A stretch of 64,000 bases of DNA, from assembly GCA_043228905.1 (NCBI GenBank), contig JBHGNT010000005.1, positions 11,284,001 to 11,348,000 of the forward strand. The letters run 5' to 3'. Origin of the DNA: Azolla caroliniana. Taxonomy: Eukaryota; Plantae; Polypodiophyta. Position 1 is the stretch's first letter. The number at the start of each line of letters is the position of its first letter. The position numbers and the translations under genes are program-made. The notes beneath the pieces were generated by a model. That model was given only the letters and a program-made list of their open reading frames with translations. It had not been told where the DNA came from and made no database searches. Below, in pieces: positions 8,711-18,578 of the stretch.

Positions 8711-11491
8711 ATGAGTGAAGATTCACCGTTCTCGATTGAAGAATATTGTTTGTCATCAGACCCATCGTTTTCTACTGAAGAGTATTGTTTGTCAACAAAG
8801 TCACCATATTCGATTGAAGAATATTGTCTGTTGACCGACTCACCATATTCTATCGAAGAATATTGTCTGAGCTCATCTACAGGGAATGTAAATAATGACA
8901 CATGTGAAGAGTTCTCTATTGAAGAATACGATATTAATAAAGATACCGAGAATGAAGGAAGTGCCCAGGAAACATTGAATAACATTGGCGATGGTCACAA
9001 CAGAGAATTAGACTGTAACAAGGTTACACCAACCTCTATGCAAGAAGAGAAATCTGGGAGCCCTATGCATATTAGAAGAATCCCACGAAGAATTCGTCTG
9101 GCTAGATTTAGCTTGGTGACATCAGATAAACAGATTGGATTTGATGTCAACAAAATATGTTGTGCCCGTGGTTGTATGTCTATGATTGGAAAATCAAAGT
9201 TGCAAGAATTAAGGCGATACTATTTTTCGATGATCGGTGATGAGCAAGACACTTACCTCGGGTCACATATGCAACTAGTATCTGACAAATGTACAGGGAT
9301 CAAAGTATCATTCGAGTATTATATCTTCCATGCGCAACAGATATGTAGAGTTGCATTCAAAATTGCGTTATGTGTTAGTAACATGCGGCTACATAGAGTA
9401 CAACAACGTCTACTTAGCGGGGATCAGATGCTCAATTGTAAAGAGGTTCCAAGTATGAAAGGTGCAATTGGAAGACTAGCTATTGGCTGGATGAAAACTT
9501 ACTTTCAGTTAAATTGTGAAGTAATGCCCACTACAGGTAGGATGCATCTTTCTGATAATTATACACGTCGGGAAGTTTATGATGTCTATCGATCTGATAT
9601 GCTGGGCTCACGTAATAAGTCTATCACCTATAGCCAATTCACAAGATTATGGAGAGCTCGGTTTTCAAATGTTATTATTCCTCGTAAAGTACGTATGGGG
9701 TATTGCTCCATTTGTGCAAATCTTAAAAGTTTGGCTAAAGGTGCAAAGACATCAATGGAAAAGGATACGAGTAAGAAGTTACTACAAGAGCATCGTGAGG
9801 CACAATCCTTAGAACGAAGGAAGGCGATGCATCATAGAGAGAAGTGTTTGAAGAGGCCCGAACAATACATGTGCTTAATGATTGATGGCATGGACCAGAA
9901 GAAGACATGCTTGCCGCATATGCGGAGGCTTCCCAAAGATGTCAATGATGAGTGCCTTGTTCAAATGCACTTGGTGGGATGCTTGGCTTATAATAGGTCT
10001 GTTCGACCTCACGTCTTCATTACTTACCCCAATGTTCACAATGACCCTAACCTAGCAGTTACAGTGATTCACCGAGTTTTGATGTCTTGGGGACAACCTT
10101 TCCCCCCTGTTCTATACATTCAATTGGACAATACTGTTAGAGAGAACAAAAATTCAACTGTATTTGGCTATCTAAGTATGTTGGTCAACCTAGAATTGTT
10201 TAGGAAAGTGAAAGTCAATTTCCTTTTGGTTGGCCACACACATGACCATATAGATCAGATGTTTAGCACATTCTCCAGATAGTTGTCTCGACATGATGCT
10301 ATCACTTTACCTAAACTATTTGATGTCATTTGTGAAGCTTATACACCACGCCCAAAAGTGTTACACTTGAAGGAGGTATATGACTTTAAGAGATATATAT
10401 TAGATGGGGGTGGTGGGAATGTTAAAGTGCTTGCTCAGTTAAACAATATAAGTTTCAATCACATTTTTTTGATAAAGAAAAATGGAATAAGTGGTTCTAC
10501 ACTTTTGTATGCTAAACAATATTCATCTTCTACAACATGGCAACCTGAAGGTGGTTGCCAGTTATTACTTTGTATGCCGAGTACAATTGTCCATGGAGCT
10601 AAGCAAATGCCAATTGAGAAGAAAGGACAGTTGCAGAGCGACTTGGTATCAGAACAAAAACGGTCATGGGTCCAAGCCTTAGAAGAAAAAAGAAAGCATA
10701 TTGAGGCCGCCAAGAAATATGCCGCACAACAAGACACGTCATGGTGGGATGTATTTTATAGTGATCAGAAAGAAATTATAGACAATTGTGTATCTGTTGA
10801 TAATTGGAATTTGGAAACGCCATTCACATGGTCGCTGCAACATGATCGCGTAAATAGAAGTCCAGAGCAACTAGTAAATGCGATTAATGACAGCTTGGTC
10901 CATCCACAACAAAGAGACATTTATGCGGGACCAAGGATGACGAAAGCAGCCGAAGCTAGATGGCAAGGAAATTTGCAAGAGCTCACCGCGGGGATGTTGA
11001 TTGCAACGCCGGCTGATGAGAACTCACATGGCCACCAATTTTGGGTTGGTAAAATTCTAGAAGTGCTAATGCATGAAATAGAAAACACGATCAAGTCTAT
11101 AAATGTTCATTGGTACAACACCAGAAGTGCAAATGCTTTTACAGGTAAGTATACATTGGAGATGATTGAATGCCAAACAAGAAGGGGAGGTAGGAAGAGG
11201 AAGCGAAACATTCGTAACACCTCGACCCTTGATATCTCTGATGTGGATATCATCGTGTACGACTTCACGCTTACAAAAGCCGGACGATTAAGGAAGTCAA
11301 CAATAGATATAATAAAACAAAAATTACCAGGTCTACAAGGTGGCTCAAGTCAAAGGCAAACGAGATCTGCTACATATAATCTAGAGTCAAACCATTTGGT
11401 TTATGACGAAGATAATGCACTGATTGGTACATCCGAGGATGATGAGGAGGAATCGTCATTGTATATTAGTTATAGTAGGGATTCTCCGTAA
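8711..11491 (+). pseudogene. Sola1-like DDE/D transposase (~926 aa), interrupted by one TAG at 10280-10282
   Basis: ORFs 8711-10282 and 10283-11491 are in the same frame. Motifs: CCARGC, ICRVAF, YSQFTRLW…IPRK…YCSIC, LMIDGMDQKK, LYIQLDNTVRENKN, FLLVGHTHDHIDQMFS. From memory this resembles Sola1/DUF7869-type proteins; an HMM check is needed. Confidence 0.85.
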
Positions 11492-11811
11492 AGGAGTGAT
11501 CATGAATGTATATTTGGCTATTAAGTGTAACTACATTCCGCTTGACAAATCGAGTAATATAAAATCATGTGTTTTGAATTCTTATGATTTCTAAAAAATC
11601 ATTTCTTATAAAATAACATTGGTTGTAAAGTTTGTGATATAAATTGAGAATGTATGTTTTTGAAATTCGTCTTTTTTTAGTTACTTCTAAATCACGAAAA
11701 TAGTGGATTTTTAACCTTTTTCATAGTATGTTTGAACTTGTATGATACTGGTATCAATGTGTTTTGTAAAATCATTGAAAAACCCCTAAAATTTCCCTTA
11801 TCCTTGCATTT

Positions 11812-11847
11812 ATGCGCGATCCTTCCACTTGTGAACGCGAACGTGTT
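11812..11847 (-). repeat. Right TIR
   Basis: atgcgcgatccttccacttgtgaacgcgaacgtgtt. Confidence 0.95.
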
Positions 11848-11851
11848 TAAA

Positions 11852-12670
11852 CCTTAGTTCTATTTTTTGTTGTTATCTGTCTGAGCTAGTTTGTCTAAGC
11901 TTCTACACATTAACTTTCACAATATTCAAAGGAGATATCATTGGCAATGAGAGTAGGTAGAAGAAGGGGAGTTTGCTCTAACAAAAATCCACACATTAGA
12001 GAATGGATCTTACATGCTCACAAAGGTGTTTTTGGCAGAAAGGACAGAAGCATGTTAGAGTCGGGTCAGATTGGTGAAGCCCCATTCGAAGTGAAGGGGG
12101 AGTTTGTGTTAGGATCTAAACCTGCCACAACTTGTTTCTCGTTTGTATGTTCTGTTGCAAAACAAAAATCGATAGTGCATAGACAAGAAAGAATAGAAAA
12201 CAAAAGTGCTCACTAAGCACATTGTATTTACAGAGCGTTTCTTTGTAATTAGAGTTCTATCTTGTTCTGCTCTCTCTGTCTCTCCCGTGTACTCTCTGTG
12301 TAATTTAAGATTTCCATTAAACCTTAGTTCTATTTTCTTTTGTTATCTGTCAGAGCCAGTTTGTCTAAGCTTCCGCACATTAACTGTCACAATATTCAAA
12401 GGAGATATCATTGGCAATGAGAGTAGGTAGAAGAAGGGGAGTTTGCTCTAACAAAGATCCACACATCGGAGAAGGGATCCGACATGCTAACAAAGGTTTT
12501 TTCGGTAGAAAGGCTAGAAGCATGTCAGAGTCGGGTCGGATTGGTGAAGCCCCATCCAAAGTGAACGGGGAGTTTATTTTAGGAACTGAACCGGCCACAA
12601 CCAGTTCCTCATTCATATGTTCAGTTGCAAAACGAAAAACAATAGTGCACAGACAAGAAAGAATAGAAAA
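11852..12670. repeat. Tandem duplication (470-bp offset) of LTR end, copia RNase H end/PPT and start of an inverted LTR
   Basis: 11852-12200 recurs at 12322-12670. It translates as NIQRRYHW…FALTKIHT…MLTK, followed by a PPT. Confidence 0.8.
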
Positions 12671-13237
12671 TGAGAAGCTCAGAAACAAGACACAGATATT
12701 AAATGTGCAAAACTCGAACCGGGAAAAACCACATGGAGTCCACAAAACTCCAAACAGAATCACTATGATGAGCGGTAGTACAATAACACACTCTGAGACA
12801 GCGATCTTGAGATCTTCTTCGGCTGAAAGACAGACGGTTACAGAGTTACACACTAACTCTCACTCTCTATCTCTATATCACAGTTATAGCGGCAACAACC
12901 TTCTCTAACTATACAACTAATAATGATGAACTACACAACCTTAAAGTTCGCACTAGTTGTTTATATACTAAAACAACTTTCTAGCTATTTACATACATAG
13001 ACCAAGGGCAAATTCAGACTATTTACAATTATAGCCTCTCGAATCGGTCATGAAATCGGGTGGAGTGAGTTAATCACTAACTCCACCTGATTCGGTTCAT
13101 TCTTTTCTTCCCATCTAGAGGGACTTGTTTTCCGAATAGTTTGTTGAGAATTAGGTTCCTTTTGAATAGGCCGAATTCAGGATAGAGGACATGCTACACC
13201 CGGTTGGAAGCCGGAGAAGTTGTAGCATTTCCTCACA
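12576..13237 (-). mobile_element. Copia solo LTR (inverted)
   Basis: Collinear with the LTR at 21341-~21915, which abuts a minus-strand Met-tRNA PBS. Boundaries are approximate. Confidence 0.65.
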
Positions 13238-13851
13238 AACTGGTAACAAAGTGATGTTGTAAACTTTATTGAAAATGAAAGCCTCATTTGGAGGCATGTT
13301 CAAGCTCACCAGCTCCAACTACTTAGTTTGGAAGTCGAAGATGAGGGACATGTTGGTGGTTAAAGATCTTTGGCTGTCAGTACAATTTGGAGACCAACGA
13401 CCGGAGAAGATTGATGTCATGATCTGGGAGGTGATACATATGTGTTAGGAAACAGGTCCCTCTGGATGGGAAGTGAGAAGAACAGTACCCGGCTACGGAG
13501 AGCCGGATGGTGCAGACTCGGTGAGAACCGGATGACAAGTACCCGGCTACGGAGAGCCGGATGGTGCAGACCCGGTGAGAACCGGATGACGAGTACTCGG
13601 CTTCGGAGAGCCGGATGGTGCAGGTGAGAACCAGATGACGAGTACTCGGCTACGGATAGCTGGATGGTGCAGGCCCGGTGAGGAGTGCTCACCGGATGAA
13701 GAGACATATTCGTAAATATGTTTCTGAGAGTCCATCGTGGCTATATTTGTAAATATCTGAAAAGTCATATTAGTATAAATATGACTTAGGGCAAACTTTT
13801 AAGTGTGTGGTTGTCATTCTTGTTGGCGCAAGATTAGAGCACGCAACTGTG

Positions 13852-13893
<42 letters not shown>

Positions 13894-15043
13894 GAGGTCG
13901 TTGCCTTTGATTGTAACAGCCGCCTGTGGCGAAGATAGCAAGCTCGAGGTCGTGGCCTCGGTGCTTTCTTATTGTATAGTCTATGGGCATTCTGACATAG
14001 TGATAGTTTGCAGTCTGTGGGCTGTCGTGGTTTTTCCCGAGTTTGGGTTTTCCACGTAAACATCCTGTGTACTCTTCTCTCTATCGTGTTGTGTTTCATT
14101 CCCTGTTTTCTGTGTTTTTATTCTAGGCTTGGTTGTGGCCGAGTGTTGTTCAAAGGGAGTGTGCAGTTCCTGTCAAAGTAGTATCAGAGCGAAACAACAC
14201 AGAAAATGGACGATTCGTTGGGAGGCATGTTCAAGCTCACCGGCTCCAACTATTCGTTGTGGAAGTCGAAGATGAGGGACATGCTCGTGGTTAAAGACCT
14301 CTGGCTGCCGGTTCAGTTCGGGGACAAGAGACCGGTCAAAATCGACGCTAGGATATGGGAGGTGATGCACATGAAGACAACGACATACATATGGTGCTTC
14401 ATCGACATGAGCCTATACAACAACGTCAATGAAGAGAGCAAGGCTCATGAGCTCTGGGAGAAGATCAACATTATGTTTCAAAACAAAAATGTTGTTAATC
14501 AGGTTTCGGTATTCCGGAAGCTAGTAAAACTCCGGTACCAAGATGGCTCCAGCATGGTGGAGCACATGAATGCCTTCCAAGGGCTGATCCACCAGGAAAC
14601 ATCATTGGAAGTACCACTGGAGTTGGTGCATACTAATGTATGTCAAGTGGACACAAAGTCACATGTCGGAGCACAGTACTTCGTGACGTTCATAGATGAC
14701 CACAGTACTTCGTGAAGAAGAACCTGTACGGACTGAAGCAGGCTCCCCGACAATGGTACCGAAAGTTCGACACCTTCATGACTGACCAAGGGTACAACAA
14801 GACGCATGTCGATGACTACGTGTTTGTGAAGAAGTTCGAAGGAGGCGACTTCCTGATACTCCTTTTGTACGTGTATGACATGTTGATTATCGGACGGGAC
14901 CAAGCCAAAATACGGATGCTGAAGAAGGCTCTCAAGCGGACCTTCTCAATGAAAGACTTGTGTCCGTCAAGACAAATGCTGGGGATGCATATTATCCGGA
15001 ACCGGTCAGTGAAGCAATTGTGGCTGTCACTGGAGAAGTACGT

Positions 15044-17121
15044 TGTCGTGAATATTTTTATCCACAAGCGGAAACCCGAGCAACGAGAGCCAAAGAGCGA
15101 TGTGCAACGTTGCACACGTACATAATGTATTTGTAATAGTAATAAAGGTATAAAGGTGATGTGGTTGTACGCACATCCACACGAGAGAGAGAGAGAGAGG
15201 TACTATGCGGTACATAGGTACCTAGTTGTTTGTGAGGAGGTGGGAGTTAAGGGGCCATCAATCTCACCCTTCCCCAAATCAAGGCAAATATCCCCTTTGA
15301 ATGAAAGGGGATATTTTAGTTTCACTTTTGTAAGCGGTCTTCCCTCCTTGTGCTATAAAAGGAGAGAGAAGGCACCATTGTGGGGGTTGCCTATTTTGAG
15401 TGTGCGAGGTATACCACGTAGGTCGAGCGTTAGGGTTAGGGTTAGGGTTTCGAGTAGTCGTTTGGTGCGGCCATGGCGGCCACCATTTGTTGTAATCATT
15501 CATTTCTTAATAGAACTTCTTGTTCAGTATCTCGATTGCATCTTCTTCTTCTATCATAATGTCATATGCGTTCTCTTCTCCCCTTGAGCTAATCTTTCTC
15601 CTCCACTCCCTAGTCCAAGACCCCCGTGGTCCCGCCCTTCTACATGCACACGCGTAACTACGCGACATATTTGGTGAACCCGACGTGAAAGGCGGCAAGG
15701 GAGCATGGAGATGGTAGAAGACTTTGACTTCGAGGAGATGATGGCAAAGATCGTGATGGAAGCCAGACGGAAGATGGCGAAGCGAGATGCGGCTCAACAA
15801 GCCGTCGAAAGGGTGGTCGATCGAGTTTGTCGGTTCAATGGGAATGAGGTCCCAAAATTTTTGGGAGACGAGGCGATGCGGCTAGAGTATTTTCCTCGAG
15901 TGGCGGCCGTATCAGTGCACAAGGAGGTCAAGGAGCTACGAGAAGCTCATGAGTCGTGGGTGTCCTTTGAGGGAGCCCTATTGGAGGCGTACGGGTACAC
16001 AGAACCGGAAGGAAGAGGTCGACATGAGCTCGATCGGTGGGTGTGCCGGCAACATGATGCGAGGCGGTTGGCCACAACACGGCCCACGAGCAGCGGAGAA
16101 GAGAGAGCGGTGAGTGGGTACGCACTACCGCCGGAAGAGAGCTCAACGCAAAACGGTTCCGAGGAGCTCGACCTAGAAGCGCTAATACGGGAGGTATGCG
16201 AGCTTGTGAAGGGGAAAATCGAAGCCGAAGAAGGGCTTATTATGGAGTCGGGCCGGAGGCGATTGGAGGATGAGGAGGCCGAAAGAGAATGGTACATCGG
16301 TACCACAGGAGAGGGTGCGGAGCGAGCCACCCTCTCGACATGCGGAGAAAGATCGACCGAGAACGAGGTTGGGGACGTTGAGGCGGCGATCGCCGATTCG
16401 AGCGGACATGAGGGAGTTCGGGCATGGAGGCCCGAAACATCGAGGGAGGAGGAGACAAGCGGCGGTGCCGCGAACTTACGCACACTGGTCCTAGAGACTC
16501 CGGCAACCGGCTCGAGAGCCGGTGTGAGACGTAGAGTGACGGACGGTGGCGGCGGCAAGGCGGGCAACCGAGACAACGGTAAGGAGACCATGGAAGAGGA
16601 GGCAGCAAGCATAATTGATGCTTGCATATACGGAGGCGGGGTAGCCATGGACGACGATGTCCGAATGGAGGTGGCTACGGGCATAGCATCGATGAGCGGC
16701 GGAGTTGCTACCTTACACACAACGGTTCAAGAGACCCCGGCGGCCGGCCCGAGTGCCTGCGTGAGACCTAGGGTAATGAACGGTGGCGGTGGCAAGGCGG
16801 ACGACCACGGCGACGATGTGGGAGACGGTGCGGAACGATCGACCCTCTCGACTTGTGGAAAGAGGACGGCCATGGATGAGGCCGATATCTACGGAGAAGT
16901 ACGTTGTCGTGAATATTTTCGTCCACAAGCGGAAACCCGAGCAACGAGAGCCAAAGAGCGATGTGCAACGTTGCACACGTACATAATGTATTTGTAATAG
17001 TAATAAAGGTATAAAGGTGATGTGGTTGTACGCACATCCACGCGCGAGAGAGAGAGAGAGAGGTACTATGCGGTACATAGGTACCTAGTTGTTTGTGAGG
17101 AGGTGGGAGTTAAGGGGCCAT
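15044..17121 (+). mobile_element. Truncated gypsy-like LTR element with tRNA-Trp PBS and a gag-like ORF
   Basis: LTR 15044-15667 (TGTCG…CGACA). PBS TGGTGAACCCGACGTGAA at 15672-15689. A second, partial LTR copy lies at 16905-17121. No pol is present. Confidence 0.75.
15705..16997 (+). CDS. Gag-like ORF (430 aa) with acidic, repetitive C-terminal half running into the LTR
   Basis: Starts just after the PBS. RFNGNEVPKFL…SWVSFEGALLEAY resembles a gypsy capsid. Contains internal duplications (GAERxTLSTCG twice). Confidence 0.5.
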   Translation: MEMVEDFDFEEMMAKIVMEARRKMAKRDAAQQAVERVVDRVCRFNGNEVPKFLGDEAMRLEYFPRVAAVSVHKEVKELREAHESWVSFEGALLEAYGYTEPEGRGRHELDRWVCRQHDARRLATTRPTSSGEERAVSGYALPPEESSTQNGSEELDLEALIREVCELVKGKIEAEEGLIMESGRRRLEDEEAEREWYIGTTGEGAERATLSTCGERSTENEVGDVEAAIADSSGHEGVRAWRPETSREEETSGGAANLRTLVLETPATGSRAGVRRRVTDGGGGKAGNRDNGKETMEEEAASIIDACIYGGGVAMDDDVRMEVATGIASMSGGVATLHTTVQETPAAGPSACVRPRVMNGGGGKADDHGDDVGDGAERSTLSTCGKRTAMDEADIYGEVRCREYFRPQAETRATRAKERCATLHTYIMYL

Positions 17122-18578
17122 GCTCACGGGATGAAGAGACATATTCGTAAATATGTTTCTGAGAGTCCATCGTGGCTATATTTGTAAATAGCCGAAAAGT
17201 CATATTAGTATAAATATGACTTAGGGCAAACTTTTAAGTGTGCGGTTGTCATTCTTGTTGGCGCAAGATTAGAGCGCGCAACTGTGTACAGAGAGAGAGA
17301 GAGAGAGAGGAAGAGGTCGTTGCCTCTGATTGTAACCGCCGCTTGTGGCGAAGATAGCAAGCTCGAGGTTGTGGCCTCGATGCTTTCTTATTGTAAATTC
17401 TGACACAGTGATAGTTTGCAGTCTGTGAGCTGCCGTGGTTTTTTCCGAGTTTGGGTTTTCCACGTAAACATCATGTGTACTCTTCTCTCTATCGTGTTGT
17501 GTTTCATTCCCTGTTTTCTGTGTTTTTATTCTAGGCTCGGTTGTGGCCGAGTGTTGTTCAAAGGGAGCGTGTAGTTCCTATCAAAGAAGACGATAACATA
17601 TATAAAATGCTTTATTGACAAGGTTGATGTCCTTAGGGAGAAGATCAACATTATGTTAAAGAACAAAAATGTTGTGAATTAACTCTCAGTATTCTGGAAA
17701 ATAGGGAGGCTCAAGTATCATGACCATGCAAGTATGGCAGAGCATATGAACACCTTCCCGGGGCTAAAAAACCAGACCACCTCTCTCGAAGTACCTCTAG
17801 ATGATGAGGTACTAGCTTTGTTATTGCTCAAGTCCCTTCCGGATAGGTGGGAGACGTTGGTCATCACATTGGGAAACGTCGGACCAGAAGGGAGGAACTT
17901 GTCCTCGGCAAGAGTAAAATTGAGCCTGCTTAATGTAGAAGCTTGCCAAAAGGATCGAGAGTCTGGAATCGACCTGAATGCCTTATTTACGAAAAAAGAC
18001 TTAAATTGGGGAAGAGGCCCGAATAGAAGTCTTCAAAACCGGGACAAGTTTGGGACGAGATCAAAGTCGACGGGGAAACCTACCTATTTCTATTCTAGGA
18101 AACCAAGACATTTGCAAAACAACTACCGACACTTTCGAAAAGCAAAAGAGGGAGTCGACGACCCCAAACTGAAGAAGATTCCGGAAAGAAGAGGAACATC
18201 GATAATCGCGACAAGTGCAGAGGAACTGCTACTCATCACTGAGGAGAGTGAGCTACACCTTCTCAACGAAGAAATGACGTGGGTGGTTGACTCCGAAGCG
18301 TCGTTTCATCTTACCCCCGATTGGAAGTGCTTCTCATCATACAAAGTTGGAGATCACGACTATGTAAGGATGGGGAATGAAGCATCGTGCCGAATTTTTG
18401 GCATAGGAGATGTGTGGTTGACAACATCAACCTGGAGCAAACTACTATTAAGAGAAGAGCGCCATGTTTTGGAAGACAAATTGAATCTTATATCAGTCGG
18501 TCGGTTGTATGATGAGGGCTACACTGGTAGCATTTGGAACGGCACAATGACGTTTGCAGAGGAAGCGTGATCATGGCC

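Larger units (their letters stand above)
2719..11847 (+). mobile_element. 9.1-kb cut-and-paste DNA transposon, Sola1-like, carrying a ParB-methyltransferase cargo gene
   Basis: TIRs 2719-2754 and 11812-11847 (AACACGTTCGCGTTCACAAGTGGAAGGATYGCGCAT, 36 bp, 1 mismatch). TAAA flanks both ends (2715-2718, 11848-11851). The empty site ccattaaacc is seen at 12314-12323. An alternative reading is a 2-bp AA TSD with TIRs 1 bp longer. Superfamily is inferred from transposase motifs. Confidence 0.92.
13443..17583 (+). mobile_element. Internally deleted Ty1/copia element
   Basis: 5' LTR 13443-14175 with ~51-bp tandem repeats and (AG)n. PBS tagtatcagagc at 14179-14190. Gag from 14206 is fused by deletions to INT and RT pieces (SLYGLKQAPRQW-like, LLYVYD). 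Partial 3' LTR at ~17122-17583. Confidence 0.8.
13241..18578 (+). pseudogene. Degenerate copia gag-protease, split by the 13443-17583 insertion (parts 13241-13442 and 17584-18578)
   Basis: PBS-like tggtaacaaag, then GGMFKLTSSNY…WEVIH, resuming at 17584. ORF 17734-18570 contains WVVDSEASFH. Confidence 0.75.

Noticed and set aside
2719-11847. CACTA/EnSpm assignment based on the CAC near the termini
   Set aside because: The empty site requires the ends to include the AA/TT outside CACG. The TSD is not 3 bp, and the transposase lacks recognisable TnpD motifs.
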